Shown piece after piece: positions 50,408-61,259 of a DNA stretch of 64,000 nucleotides (positions within the stretch are counted from its first letter, which is position 1; each line of letters starts with the position of its first letter). Position numbers and translations under genes: made by a program. Under the pieces are notes generated by a model. That model was not told the origin of the DNA. It saw only the letters and a list, made by a program, of their open reading frames with translations, and ran no database searches. The DNA is from Pseudonocardia sp. (lineage in GTDB: Bacteria; Actinomycetota; Actinomycetes; Mycobacteriales; Pseudonocardiaceae). The stretch is from the NCBI RefSeq assembly GCF_035489915.1, contig NZ_DATHIT010001015.1. One strand, 5' to 3'.

Positions 50408-51673
50408 ATGGCAATCAGTATTTCTTCTGGTCGTCGACCGGTCCTCAACTCGGCGATCATTCTGCTCGCGGTGCTGGTGGTGGCCGTCTGGATCGTGGTG
50501 CTCGCCGGAGGCCGAGGTGGCTACACGGTGCGGGTGGTGTTGCCGGAGGCCATCGGCCTCTATGACGGCAGCCCCATGCAGATCAACGGCGCGAATTCCG
50601 GGTCCGTCGAATCGTTGGTGACCCGAGGTGACAACGCCATCGCCACGGTGCGGGTGGACTCAGCGCACGCACCGCTGCACGCCGGTTCCACGGTGACCGT
50701 CGACTACCGCTCGGTGCTTGGCGAGCGGTACGTCAAGATCGAGCCGGGACCGGCGGGCAACCCGGCGCTGCCCAGCGGCAGCTTGGTCGAGGCCGGTCCC
50801 TCGCAGGTGACCGTGGAGGACCTGCTGGAGGCACTCGACCCGGCAACCCGCGCCACGGTGCGGTCACTGGTGCCCGAGCTCGCCCAGACCCTGGACGGTA
50901 GGGAGCAGGACCTCAACGCCACCGTCGAGCAGGCCGGGCCGACCGTCGAGGCCTTGGGGCAGGTGATGGCCGCGGTGGGTCAGGACGGCCCGGCCATCCA
51001 CGAGCTGGTCGGCAACCTCCGCAAGGTGGTCGATGTGCTGGCGCAGCGGCGCGGCCAGTTGTCCGGCTCGCTGGCCAATCTGAGCACGGTGACCACGTCG
51101 GTCGCGGCCAAGCAGCGCCAGATCGCCGAGTCGGTCGGCCAGCTGCCGGCCACGCTGCGGCAGGCCAGCCACACGCTCGGGCAATTCGTGCCGACGGCCG
51201 ACGCCGTGGTTCCGTTGCTCGACCGGCTTCGCCCCGGTGTGGCCCGGCTGCCGTCCGTGGCGGCGAACCTGCGCCCGGTCCTGAGTGACTTGCGCCCGGC
51301 CGTAGCCGATCTTCGGCCACTCCTCATTGACGGGCACGACCTGTTCGGCCACACGCCCGCGTTCTTGGACGCCGGGACCGGCGAGTCCGGGGCGGTCCGC
51401 CAGCTCACCACGACGGTGAGCCAGCTGGACACCCCGATTGCCTTCCTGCGGCCGTACACGCCGGAGCTCATGGGTTTTTTCACCACCTGGCGAACGGTGT
51501 TCAGCAACTACGACTCGCAGGGCCATTTCGTCCGCGCCTACCTGCGCAACAGCGCCAACACCATCCACGGCCTACCCACCCCGGTGCCGGGAAGTTCGAG
51601 CAACGTGATGCCGCCGCCGGGCTCGATCGTGCGCGAGCCGTGGACGGACGCGGACGGGGACGGGATGCACTGA
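50408..51673 (+). CDS. Mce/MlaD-family protein 1
   Basis: N-terminal TM, GL..G..V..G.V, SVLGERYV.I.PG, long helical tail. Confidence 0.87.
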   Translation: MAISISSGRRPVLNSAIILLAVLVVAVWIVVLAGGRGGYTVRVVLPEAIGLYDGSPMQINGANSGSVESLVTRGDNAIATVRVDSAHAPLHAGSTVTVDYRSVLGERYVKIEPGPAGNPALPSGSLVEAGPSQVTVEDLLEALDPATRATVRSLVPELAQTLDGREQDLNATVEQAGPTVEALGQVMAAVGQDGPAIHELVGNLRKVVDVLAQRRGQLSGSLANLSTVTTSVAAKQRQIAESVGQLPATLRQASHTLGQFVPTADAVVPLLDRLRPGVARLPSVAANLRPVLSDLRPAVADLRPLLIDGHDLFGHTPAFLDAGTGESGAVRQLTTTVSQLDTPIAFLRPYTPELMGFFTTWRTVFSNYDSQGHFVRAYLRNSANTIHGLPTPVPGSSSNVMPPPGSIVREPWTDADGDGMH

Positions 51674-53148
51674 TGGGTACCACTCGCCACTCGGCACGCA
51701 GGGTCGTGTTCGTCGGCCTCGTGCTCGCGCTGCTCGCCGGCACCGCGCTGGTCGTGCTGCGCAACCGCCCCGCTCAGCCGACCGTGGTCGCGATGTTCGC
51801 GGACGCCAGCCCGCTGCGCGTCGGCAACACGGTGCAGGCGCACGGCGTCAAGATCGGCCAGATCCGGGGCATCAGCCTGGACCACGGCAGCGCGCGGGTC
51901 GTGCTGCGCCTGGACGAGAAGGTCCCGGTGCACGTCGACGCGCGGGCCACCATCCGCCCGGTCTCGCTACTCGGCGAACGCTACGTGGATCTCGACGCCG
52001 GCACCGACACCGCGCCCCTGGCGCCCGACGGCGGCGTGATCCCGCTCGCCCGGACCGCCTCGTCGGTCGACCTCGACCAGGTCCTCGACTCGCTCGACGA
52101 CCCGACCTCGACCGCGTTGGCGGCCATGGTCACCACACTGGGCACCGGGATGACCGGCAACGGCAAGAACCTGCGCGACGCGCTGGCCGCCGTGGACCCG
52201 GCACTGCGCCGGACCGACAAGTTGGTGGAGGTCCTCAACCAGCAGAACACCGCGTTGAACAGCCTGGTCGACCTCGCCAGCCCGGTGGCGGCGGCGGTGG
52301 CCAGCAACAAGGGCGCCGACCTGGACGGCATGGTGGACCAGGCCCAGCAGACCCTCGGCACGGTCGCGGCCAAGCGCGAGCAGCTCACCGCGAGCCTGAA
52401 CGAGCTGCCGGCCAGCCTGGAGAAGGCTCGACGCACCTTTTACACGCTCGGGGGGCTGGCCGACCAGCTCACCCCGACGCTGCACTCCCTGCGCCCGCTC
52501 ACCGGCAACCTCCGCGATGTGGCGACCGAGCTGCACTCCTTCGCGGACGCGGCCGACCCGGCAGTGACGTCGCTGAAGCCGGTGCTCACCAAGGCCCGCT
52601 CGATGCTCGACGAGGCCCGCCCAGTGGCCGCTGACCTGCACGAAGGCAGCGGAGACCTGCGGGAGGCGAGCCAGGGTCTGGGCGCGGTGGGCGGAACGCT
52701 GGCCGACCAGATGGACAACGTGGTGTCGTTCCTGACCGGCTGGGCGCTGTGCACCAACGGCTACGACTCGGTCGGTCATTACTTCCGCGCGTACCTCACG
52801 ATCGACAGCAATACCGCCGGCAAGGTCCTGCCCGACCTGCTGCCCGGCTCGGCAGAGGCGATCCAGCGCCTCGCGCCACTGAACCGACCTCCGGGCGTCG
52901 GGCTGGACAAGATCGGTGGCCGGCCACCGGACCAGGCGCCGCCGCCCGTCGCGCCGCCGCTGCTCGGTGGGGCGCTGTCCGGTCAGCACCGCCAGCCCGG
53001 TCAACCCACGGACCCACCGCCCGTGCCGGGTGAGCCGTGGTCGACACCGAAGTCAGGACCCGGTTCCGGCGGTGCCACCGACGCCACCGGGCTGACACCC
53101 GCCCAGGAGGGTGACATGTTCGACCAACTACTCGGGGGCGGACGTTGA
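51673..53148 (+). CDS. Mce/MlaD-family protein 2
   Basis: F.DASPL..G.V..HGVKIG, SLLGERYVDL; Pro-rich tail. Confidence 0.87.
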   Translation: MGTTRHSARRVVFVGLVLALLAGTALVVLRNRPAQPTVVAMFADASPLRVGNTVQAHGVKIGQIRGISLDHGSARVVLRLDEKVPVHVDARATIRPVSLLGERYVDLDAGTDTAPLAPDGGVIPLARTASSVDLDQVLDSLDDPTSTALAAMVTTLGTGMTGNGKNLRDALAAVDPALRRTDKLVEVLNQQNTALNSLVDLASPVAAAVASNKGADLDGMVDQAQQTLGTVAAKREQLTASLNELPASLEKARRTFYTLGGLADQLTPTLHSLRPLTGNLRDVATELHSFADAADPAVTSLKPVLTKARSMLDEARPVAADLHEGSGDLREASQGLGAVGGTLADQMDNVVSFLTGWALCTNGYDSVGHYFRAYLTIDSNTAGKVLPDLLPGSAEAIQRLAPLNRPPGVGLDKIGGRPPDQAPPPVAPPLLGGALSGQHRQPGQPTDPPPVPGEPWSTPKSGPGSGGATDATGLTPAQEGDMFDQLLGGGR

Positions 53149-54539
53149 GCCCTCTGACCACCCGCACCATTCATCGCAAGCGGGCCCAATCGTTCTACGC
53201 CGGACTCGGTGTGATCGCAGTGGTCGCGGTGATCAGCTACGTCGCCCTGACCGCGCAGCACGGGCCGCCGCTGGCCACGCACACCTACGTGGACGTCGCG
53301 TTCGACAACGTCGGCCAGCTCGATACGGCTGCCGACGTGCGGCAGAACAGCGTGCGGATCGGCCAGGTGCAGGCCATCCGATACGAGCCGGGTCGCGCTC
53401 TGGTCACGCTGGCGTTGGACGGTGACCGCCCGGTCTACCGGGACGCGCACGCCGCCATGTGGGACCAGTCCGCGCTCGGCCAGAAGTTCGTGGAGCTGGA
53501 GCCGGGACATCCGGAGGCGGGTCGGCTGGGTCCCGGTGAGGTACTGCCGTCCTCGCACACCGAGTCGGCGGCCGACATCGACAGCGTGCTGAACGTGTTC
53601 GACCCGGCCACCAGGGCCGCTCTGACCACGAGCGTCCGCTCGCTCGGCCTGGGCATGGCCGGCGAGGGCCCGGGCCTGCGGGACTTCATCGGGCACGCGC
53701 CGGAGCTGTTGGCCGATACCGGCACGCTGAGTGAGGCGCTCGCCGACGACCGCACCAACCTGGGCGGCGTATTCGAGGCTGGCCAGCACCTGGCCGCTCA
53801 GTTCACCGGGCGCGAGCAGGAGCTCACCACGCTCGTCCGACAGACCAGCGCGACGCTCGCCGCGGTCAACACCGATGGCACCCAGCCGCTGCGGGCGGCG
53901 GTCGACAAGCTGCCCGGGACGTTGGCGGACTTCCAGACGATCCTGGATTCGCTGCAGTCGCCGGTCAGCGACGCCGAGGCGGCGGTTCGCACGGTGCGCG
54001 ACGGCACCGACGCGCTCGGCATGGCCACCCCGGCCGTGCGCGACGTGTTCCGGGAGGCGCCGAGGCCGCTGCACCGCATTCCCGAGGTATCCGAGGACGC
54101 CAAGCCCGCGCTGGAAGGGCTGGATTCGGCCTTCCACGACGCCCGGCCGCTGGCCCCCAGGTTGTCCGAGGGATTCCGGGGACTCCGGGGGTTCCTCGAC
54201 GGGCTCGCCCCGTACAGCCCCGACATCAACCAGTTCTTCACCGACGGCCCGGACATTTTCCGCGACGGGGAGAACCCGTCGACGCACTACCTGGCGGTCG
54301 CGGCTGGGCCGGTCAACTCCTCGTTCGCGGCCGACGCGACCCCGTGCGCGGTCAACAACTACCCGACGCCGGGCGGCGGCGCCTGGCGGGACCACGCCAT
54401 GCCGGGCGTCGGGCTGGTGTGCACCACCAGCCAGCGCACCGGGCCGTCACTGGGCAAAGGTCCGGCCTACGGTGCCCTGCCGCTGCCACTGGGCCCGACG
54501 GGGCACTCGGACAACGACGAGGGCGTGGGTGGTCGGTGA
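53145..54539 (+). CDS. Mce/MlaD-family protein 3
   Basis: FDNVGQL...DVR..VRIGQV, SALGQKFVEL.PG. Confidence 0.87.
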   Translation: MSPLTTRTIHRKRAQSFYAGLGVIAVVAVISYVALTAQHGPPLATHTYVDVAFDNVGQLDTAADVRQNSVRIGQVQAIRYEPGRALVTLALDGDRPVYRDAHAAMWDQSALGQKFVELEPGHPEAGRLGPGEVLPSSHTESAADIDSVLNVFDPATRAALTTSVRSLGLGMAGEGPGLRDFIGHAPELLADTGTLSEALADDRTNLGGVFEAGQHLAAQFTGREQELTTLVRQTSATLAAVNTDGTQPLRAAVDKLPGTLADFQTILDSLQSPVSDAEAAVRTVRDGTDALGMATPAVRDVFREAPRPLHRIPEVSEDAKPALEGLDSAFHDARPLAPRLSEGFRGLRGFLDGLAPYSPDINQFFTDGPDIFRDGENPSTHYLAVAAGPVNSSFAADATPCAVNNYPTPGGGAWRDHAMPGVGLVCTTSQRTGPSLGKGPAYGALPLPLGPTGHSDNDEGVGGR

Positions 54540-55843
54540 TGGCGTCCACATCGGCGGATCGGCGCCGGCTGATGACCGGACTGGGGCTTCTGACCCTGGT
54601 GCTCGCGTTGCTGGTCGGGGTCTTCTACAAGCAGGCGTTCCTCGCCTGGATCCGGCCGGGCGAGACCATTCAGGTCGAGTTCGCCAGGGCCTACAAGCTG
54701 GATGCCGCGGAGAGCGCGGTGAAGATCGCCGGTAGCCCGGTGGGTGTGGTCGAGTCGGTGGAACAAACCGATCAGGACACCTCGCTGGTCACCCTCAAGG
54801 TCGACAAAGGCACCCGGGACCTGCTCGGGGAGGCGCCGACCGCGCTGGTGCGACCGACCACCGTCCTCGGCGGCCGCTACTTCGTCGAGCTGCGCCCTGG
54901 CGGCCCGCCGGGCGAGTTCACCGAGGCGCGCATCCCGATGAGCCGGGCCAAAACCCCGGTGGAGCTCAACGAGGTGCTCGAGGCGCTGCAGCCGCGCGCC
55001 ATCCAAGGGCTGCGCGGCACCCTCACCGAGGTCGACCAGACATTGCGCGCCGGTGGTTCGTCGGCGTTGCGTGACTTCGCCACCGCCGCGCCCGCGCCGC
55101 TGCGCTCGATCGGCTCGGTGCTGGCCGCCGCGCGGGGCAACGAGCCCGACGTCGACCTTGCCCGGCTCGTGTCTGACTCGGACAAGGCGGCTAGGGCCGT
55201 ACTCGCCCGTGAGGGTCAGCTCGGGGACATCGTGCGCTCCCTCGACGTCACGACCGGTGCGCTGGCCAGGCAGAGCCAGCCGTTCGCGGAGGGCATCGGC
55301 AACCTGCCCGGCGCGTTGACCGCGATCGACGTCGCGGCGCGCCGGGTCAGCGTCACGCTGGACAAGCTGCGCGACACCGCGCCGCGCCTTGGGGACACAG
55401 CCGACGAGTTCGACCCGCTCATGGCGCGCCTGGACCCGATGCTCGACCGGCTGCGTCCGGTGAGCGACCGGCTGCCAGGGGTGCTGCGGGACGCGCGGCC
55501 GCTCGTGCACGACTTGATTCCGGTCAGCATCCGTGGCCGCCAGGTGTTCGACGACCTGCGTGGCCCGGTGCTGGACCGGGTCAACGGCCCGGTCACCCAG
55601 ACGCTCAACACCAAGTGGACGGGTACCGGCCGGTTCGCCGGCGGCGGCAACAACGGCAACACCGTCTACCAGCAGATCGCCGCGATGATCTCGAACGTCG
55701 CGAACAGCACGGTGCAGCACGACCAGAACGGGTCCGCGATCAACTTCGAGCTCGGGGAGGGGCCGTCGATGCTCGACGGTCTGCCGTTCGCGCTCGACGA
55801 CCGAACCCATCGGCTTGACGGTATTGGAGGGCCGCCGCGATGA
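54539..55843 (+). CDS. Mce/MlaD-family protein 4
   Basis: VKIAG.PVG.V, TVLGGRYFVEL.PGG. Confidence 0.87.
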   Translation: MASTSADRRRLMTGLGLLTLVLALLVGVFYKQAFLAWIRPGETIQVEFARAYKLDAAESAVKIAGSPVGVVESVEQTDQDTSLVTLKVDKGTRDLLGEAPTALVRPTTVLGGRYFVELRPGGPPGEFTEARIPMSRAKTPVELNEVLEALQPRAIQGLRGTLTEVDQTLRAGGSSALRDFATAAPAPLRSIGSVLAAARGNEPDVDLARLVSDSDKAARAVLAREGQLGDIVRSLDVTTGALARQSQPFAEGIGNLPGALTAIDVAARRVSVTLDKLRDTAPRLGDTADEFDPLMARLDPMLDRLRPVSDRLPGVLRDARPLVHDLIPVSIRGRQVFDDLRGPVLDRVNGPVTQTLNTKWTGTGRFAGGGNNGNTVYQQIAAMISNVANSTVQHDQNGSAINFELGEGPSMLDGLPFALDDRTHRLDGIGGPPR

Positions 55844-57174
55844 TCGCTCCGCGCGGTAACCGAGACGGTGATCAGACCGACGAGTTCAACGCCGTGCCGC
55901 CGATCGCGCGGGCGCACCGTTCCCGGCTGTCTCGGCGGAAGCGGTTGGCGCTGGCCTGGACTCGGTTGCGCACCGTGCCCGGGATGTTCCGCGACGTCGC
56001 CGCGCTCGTGGTCGTCGCTGCGCTCGGGCTGGCCGCGCTCGGGATCATCCTGGCCAACGAGGACGTGCGCTGGCCGTGGCAGCCCGATCGGATCATCATC
56101 CGAGCCGAGGTGGCCGACGCGGCGGCGGTAAACCCCTCGAAGAACCAGGAGGTGCGCATCGCCGGGGTGGTCGTCGGCTCGATCGTCGGGGCCGAACCCA
56201 CCGCGCGCGGCACCAGCATCCTCACCCTCGCCGTCGACCGGGGCAACACCGTCTACGACAACGCCCAGGTGGTGCTGCGCCCGGAGAACCCGCTCAACCA
56301 GATGTACATCGTGCTCGACCCGGGTGGACCTCCCGGGCAACCATTGGCCTCGGGCGGCCTCATCCCGATCGGCCAGACGCACCGCCCCGTGCAGGCCGAC
56401 GAGATCTTCTACAAGCTCGACGCGCACAGTCGGCAGGCTCTGACGATGCTGCTGTCCCAGGCGGACACCGCGCTCGCCGATGCGCCCCGCACGGTGCCGG
56501 CCGCACTACGACGGACGACCAGCACGGTGACCGACGTGAAGCCGGTCGCGGACGCTCTTGCCGCCCGGCGCGCGAAGCTCGCTACGCTGGTCTCGTCGTT
56601 CTCCCAGATTGCCGGTGCTGTCGGGGACAACGACGAGCGCCTCGCCGCCCTGATGAGCTCGGCCCAGACGACGCTGGACGTGCTGGCGCGAAGCGACACC
56701 CAGCTGCAGTCCTCATTGGCCGCGCTGCCGGGCGCGACCGACGCGTTGCACACTTCGCTCAATCAGGTTGCCGACCTCACCGATGAACTCGACCCGGCGG
56801 TCGACAACCTGCGGCGCGCCAGCGACGAGCTGCCCCCGGCGCTGGACCGACTGAACGACACCGTGCAAACCGTGGACGGTCTGCTGCCGGTCGCGCGTCA
56901 GGTGGTGGATCGAGCCGCTCCGACGCTGGCCGACCTGCGGCCGGTCATTCACGACGTCAGCGGCGGGCTGGACGACATCGCGCCGTTCACCCACAAGCTC
57001 GACTCGGCAACCAAGGCGCTGGTCCCGGGCTTAGACGGATTGTCGGCGTTCTTCTACAACAACAGTGGGATCTTCCAGCCGTCCGACGCGCACGGCGGCT
57101 GGGGCCGGGGCCAGCTCGACGTCAACATCAGCAGCCCATTCGGCAACGCGCATCGGGGAGGTTCCAACAAATGA
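55840..57174 (+). CDS. Mce/MlaD-family protein 5
   Basis: EVRIAGVVVG.I, LRP.NPLNQMYI.LDPG. Confidence 0.87.
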   Translation: MIAPRGNRDGDQTDEFNAVPPIARAHRSRLSRRKRLALAWTRLRTVPGMFRDVAALVVVAALGLAALGIILANEDVRWPWQPDRIIIRAEVADAAAVNPSKNQEVRIAGVVVGSIVGAEPTARGTSILTLAVDRGNTVYDNAQVVLRPENPLNQMYIVLDPGGPPGQPLASGGLIPIGQTHRPVQADEIFYKLDAHSRQALTMLLSQADTALADAPRTVPAALRRTTSTVTDVKPVADALAARRAKLATLVSSFSQIAGAVGDNDERLAALMSSAQTTLDVLARSDTQLQSSLAALPGATDALHTSLNQVADLTDELDPAVDNLRRASDELPPALDRLNDTVQTVDGLLPVARQVVDRAAPTLADLRPVIHDVSGGLDDIAPFTHKLDSATKALVPGLDGLSAFFYNNSGIFQPSDAHGGWGRGQLDVNISSPFGNAHRGGSNK

Positions 57175-58478
57175 ACGGGCGACTCCTCGAAGCCTCGCCG
57201 CGCAGATTGGCGACCGTGTTGGCGTTCGCCGGCGCCTGCGTGGTGTTCGTCGGCTACATGTGGCTGAACGCGGGCGGGTCGATCCTGGGATTCAACAACC
57301 TGTCCGGTTACCGGTTCAGCGCGCAGGTCACCGACGCCGACAATCTGGTCAACTTCTCCGATGTCTCGATCGCCGGCGTCGAGGTAGGCAAGATCGACAA
57401 AATGGAACAGCTGCCGGACCTGGTGCGCCTGGACGTCGTGCTCGATAAGGACGTGCCCACCCTGCATCAGGGCGTCACGGTCCAGGTCAGCGAGAAGTCC
57501 CTGGCCGGGCAGTCCTACCTGCGCATCGTCGACGGCACCGGGCCCGAACTGCCGGACGGAACGGTCCTGCCACTCTCGGCGAGCAAGCCGAGTGTCCAGC
57601 TGCGTGACGTTCTCGCTGGTCTGCCCGCGCCGACCAGAGAGGCGCTCGGGGCGACCATCCGGTCGGCCGGGCAAGCCACGACGGGACGGCAGAACGACGT
57701 GCACGCCGCGTTCGACGGGCTCGCGCGGCTCGGGGCCGGCGGTTATACGGCGTTGGACGCGCTGGCGGCTCAGGGGGAGGACATCCGGCAGCTTGGAGGA
57801 GAACTCACCACGGTGCTCACGGCGCTGGACAGCGGCCAGCGCGACCTGGAAAAGGCCGTTCGGGGCACCGGGGACATCGTGTCGGCGACGGCGGGCCAGC
57901 AGGCGCCACTGCAGGAATCGATGCGGTTGTTGCCTGGGTTCCTCGACCAGATTCACGGTGCCACCCCGGGCTTCACCCGCTTGGCAGGGGCGCTCGACCC
58001 GATCGCGCGTGACCTGCGCACCTCGGCGCCCGACCTCAATGACGCCCTCGTCCAGCTCCCGGATTTGACCGACGACCTGCGCGGGCTGGTCGACCCGCTG
58101 GACGGCACGCTGAATCGTGCACCGGAGACGCTACGGCGGATCGGCCCGTTCGCTGACGACGTCGAGGGGCTCATCCCGCCACTGCGTACGGTCATGCAGG
58201 ACGTCAACCCGGTTCTGGGCTATGCCCATCCGTACGGCCGCGAGCTCGGCGCGTTCATCGCCAACTTCGGCGCCGCGTTCGCGACGGTCGACACCTACGG
58301 TCGGCACCGACTGCGCCTGCAGCCGGTGGAAAGCGAGTTCGGCGTGGCCGGTACCGGCCCGCTCGGCCTGCGCGACGGCCTGACCAGCGTGTTCAACCCC
58401 CTGCCGGCGGCGAACCGGGGGTCCGATCTCGGCCCGTGGGCGGGGCCATATCCCCGGATCGAGCGGCAGCCGAAATGA
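57171..58478 (+). CDS. Mce/MlaD-family protein 6
   Basis: DADNLV..SDV.IAGV.VGKI, KSLAGQSY..I.DG. Confidence 0.87.
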   Translation: MNGRLLEASPRRLATVLAFAGACVVFVGYMWLNAGGSILGFNNLSGYRFSAQVTDADNLVNFSDVSIAGVEVGKIDKMEQLPDLVRLDVVLDKDVPTLHQGVTVQVSEKSLAGQSYLRIVDGTGPELPDGTVLPLSASKPSVQLRDVLAGLPAPTREALGATIRSAGQATTGRQNDVHAAFDGLARLGAGGYTALDALAAQGEDIRQLGGELTTVLTALDSGQRDLEKAVRGTGDIVSATAGQQAPLQESMRLLPGFLDQIHGATPGFTRLAGALDPIARDLRTSAPDLNDALVQLPDLTDDLRGLVDPLDGTLNRAPETLRRIGPFADDVEGLIPPLRTVMQDVNPVLGYAHPYGRELGAFIANFGAAFATVDTYGRHRLRLQPVESEFGVAGTGPLGLRDGLTSVFNPLPAANRGSDLGPWAGPYPRIERQPK

Positions 58479-60874
58479 TGCGGCGCCGGCTAGTGAGCGT
58501 CCGGCACGTGCGCTGGCAGGCGCCGAGGGTGTGGGGCGCGCTCGTGCTGATCGTGCTGATCGGGGGAGTCACCGTGCTGGGCCTGGCCCGATTGCGGCTG
58601 GACACCAGCATGTCGTCCCTGCTGACCAGCGGTGACCCGGCACTGGAGGCGCTCGGTGAGCGGGACCGGTCCTTCGGCGCGGACCCGATTGCCGTGCTGC
58701 TGGAGTCGCCGACGCCGAGAGGGTTCCTGGTGGACCAGGCCGGCGCCGCCGGCCCGGAGGGCGGTCGGCTGCCCCGGCTGCTCGAGCTGGAGGGCAAGCT
58801 CGCGGAGTTGCCTGACGTCGCGGCGGCGTACGGGCCCGCGACCGTGCTCAACCAGCTGGCTGCGTCCGCCCAGAATCTGCTCGCGCAGATCGGGGGCCGA
58901 CGCGACGGGCTGGCCGAACAGACCAAACAGCGTGCCGAGGCGGCTGGCAAGACGCCGGCGCAGGCCGAGTCGGACGCGGTGGCGGCCCTCGCGGAGTTCG
59001 ACAAGCGGTACGGCAGCCTACTCGCGCTCGGCATGCGGGCCGGGTTGCCGACGCTGCGCAACCCCGACTTCGTCACCGGGGTGATCTACGACCAGGCCGG
59101 TAACCCGCGCCCGCAGTGGCGGTTCGTGGTGCCTACAACCAACTCCGTCGCGATCCTGGTGCGCCCCCGCGAGGACATGGACCAGGTGGCAACCCAACAC
59201 CTCGTCACCTCGGTGCGCGGACTGGTCGAGCAGGCCGGACTCGGGCAGAGCCGGGTGACCGTCACCGGAGTCCCCGCGCTCACCGCCCAGGCGACCGACC
59301 GGGTCCGCACCGAGCTGCCCTATCTCGCCGCGCTTGCGTTAGTGGTATGCGCCTTGGTCCTGCTGCTGACCCCCTGGCTGCGCGGCGGCCGCCTGCGCCG
59401 GCTCCTGCCGCTGGCGCTGACCCTGCTGAGCGGCGCGCTGGTGTTGGCGGCCATCGGCTGGTCCGGCGCCAGCATGTCGCTGGCGATAGTCGCGTTCGCG
59501 CCGATCGTCCTGGGCTGTGGCAGCGATTTCGCCGTGTACCTGACCCTGCGGGCGGACCGGCGCACAGTGGTGGTGACCGCGCTGGCCAGCGCCGCGTCGG
59601 CGGCGTCGCTAGTGTTCTCACCGCTGCCGTTCACCCGGGGCCTCGGTCTCGCGCTCGGAGCCGGCTTGCTCGTGGTCACCGGGCTCGGGCTCTGGTTGAC
59701 CGGCCGCCGTTCGCCGCTGCCGTCGTTGTTCGCGGTGCGCGACGGTGACGCCACCTCAGCACACGAAGAGTTCGGCACGCCGCCGGCTCCACCACCCTGC
59801 GCAACGAGGCGTTGGGTACGGATCACGGCGTTGGTCTCGGCGCTTGTCGTCGCCGCGATCGGCTGGGCCGGGCTCGCCCGACTGCCCGTCGAGGCGAATC
59901 CGATGCAGCTGGCGCGGGGCTTGCCGGAGATGGGCGACGCCGCGCACGCGGAAGCGTTGATGGGCTCCTCGAGCGAGGTCGGATTGCTCGTCAGCGCGCC
60001 GAATGTCCTGACCCCGGCGGTACTGGACTGGTCTCGCCGCGCGGAGACAGCCGTGCTGGCCGAGGTCGGCGACCAGCTGCGCCCGGTCCTCACGATGCCC
60101 GACCTGCTGCGCTTTCTGGGCACCCAGGCCACGCAGGCGGAGATTGATTCGGCGCTCCAGCTCCTGCCCACCTACCTGACCCATGCCGTCGTCCGGTACG
60201 ACCGGAGCCAGGCGGTGATGATCTTCGGTGCCAAGCTGGATGATCTCGGCACGCTGCGCGCGGTGCTCGACAATGCGCGGGCGGCGCTACCACCCGTGCC
60301 GCCGGGCGTGCGCGCCGAGTTCGTCGGTCTACCGGTGGTGGCAGTGCACGGCGCTGAGCTGCTCGCCAGCGACCGGTATCTGACCAGCACCCTCGGAGTG
60401 CTGGCCGCCGCGGTGGTGCTGGCTCTCGGGCTGCGCCGGCGCGGTGACGCGGTTCGGGCGCTTGGAGCGGGCTTGCTCTCGACCGGTTGGGGGCTCGCGG
60501 TGTTGACGGCGCTGGGCATGTCGGTGAGCCCGTTGACCGCCGCGCTCGGTTCGTTGGCAACCGTCACCGCCACCGAGTTCACGGTGCTGCTCGCGGCGGC
60601 GACCCGACACGGTCGAACCGATCTGCGGATGGCGGTGCTGACCGCGGGGCTGGCCGCGACGGGCGGGTACCTGAGCCTGGTGGTGTCCCAGTTGCAGTTG
60701 TTGAGCCAGTTCGGGCTGCTGCTGGCGGTGGTGGTCGGGTTGTCGTACCTGGCGGGGCGGCTGGTCGTGTGGGCGTCGGTGGCACCGGAGACACCCGCTC
60801 CGGCAAGCGACGCGGCTCTCGAACCTGTCCCGAGGCCCGACCGCGAAGCGAACCGCCTCACCGCCCAGCGCTGA
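58475..60874 (+). CDS. MMPL/RND-like membrane transporter
   Basis: Two repeats of TM + extracytoplasmic domain + TM bundle; VTG.P, G.GSDF, VGLP motifs; ATGA-coupled to the last mce. Confidence 0.8.
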   Translation: MMRRRLVSVRHVRWQAPRVWGALVLIVLIGGVTVLGLARLRLDTSMSSLLTSGDPALEALGERDRSFGADPIAVLLESPTPRGFLVDQAGAAGPEGGRLPRLLELEGKLAELPDVAAAYGPATVLNQLAASAQNLLAQIGGRRDGLAEQTKQRAEAAGKTPAQAESDAVAALAEFDKRYGSLLALGMRAGLPTLRNPDFVTGVIYDQAGNPRPQWRFVVPTTNSVAILVRPREDMDQVATQHLVTSVRGLVEQAGLGQSRVTVTGVPALTAQATDRVRTELPYLAALALVVCALVLLLTPWLRGGRLRRLLPLALTLLSGALVLAAIGWSGASMSLAIVAFAPIVLGCGSDFAVYLTLRADRRTVVVTALASAASAASLVFSPLPFTRGLGLALGAGLLVVTGLGLWLTGRRSPLPSLFAVRDGDATSAHEEFGTPPAPPPCATRRWVRITALVSALVVAAIGWAGLARLPVEANPMQLARGLPEMGDAAHAEALMGSSSEVGLLVSAPNVLTPAVLDWSRRAETAVLAEVGDQLRPVLTMPDLLRFLGTQATQAEIDSALQLLPTYLTHAVVRYDRSQAVMIFGAKLDDLGTLRAVLDNARAALPPVPPGVRAEFVGLPVVAVHGAELLASDRYLTSTLGVLAAAVVLALGLRRRGDAVRALGAGLLSTGWGLAVLTALGMSVSPLTAALGSLATVTATEFTVLLAAATRHGRTDLRMAVLTAGLAATGGYLSLVVSQLQLLSQFGLLLAVVVGLSYLAGRLVVWASVAPETPAPASDAALEPVPRPDREANRLTAQR

Positions 60875-60910
60875 CTCCGCCACCCGCGCGGCCTGGAAAG
60901 GCGGTCGCCT

Positions 60911-61237
60911 CTAGTCGACCGGCCGTACACCTTTTCTGCGTACCGTGACCTGCCCGGTCACTCTGGTCCGGCAGGCCAGTCGGGCTCGCGGCTCGTTGGC
61001 TTTCATTCCGGTCGCAAGGCGCGCGGTTTCGTCCGCTGATCGTGCCGACAAGGCGGCCGGGTCGCCTTCCACGACCATGTAGCAAATACCGCACTCACAG
61101 TCACCGCCGCAGAGCGATGGCCACCGCAATCCGTGTCGTGTCGCCGCATGGAACACGGTCTCGCCAGCCCGTACGGCGAAGGTAATCCCGGCGGGCAACA
61201 CCGTGACTCGCCCTACCGCCGCCAGCTGCGGATCCAT
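60911..61237 (-). CDS. 2Fe-2S ferredoxin
   Basis: CGGDCECGIC ... RLAC. Confidence 0.88.
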   Translation of the reverse strand: MDPQLAAVGRVTVLPAGITFAVRAGETVFHAATRHGLRWPSLCGGDCECGICYMVVEGDPAALSARSADETARLATGMKANEPRARLACRTRVTGQVTVRRKGVRPVD

Positions 61238-61259
61238 GGCGGCCTCCGGTCAGTGAGTT

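Noticed and set aside
48672-58478. mce4/KstR cholesterol locus
   Set aside because: No kstD, hsa or mam genes in the window, I noticed no KstR boxes by eye, and the operator differs.
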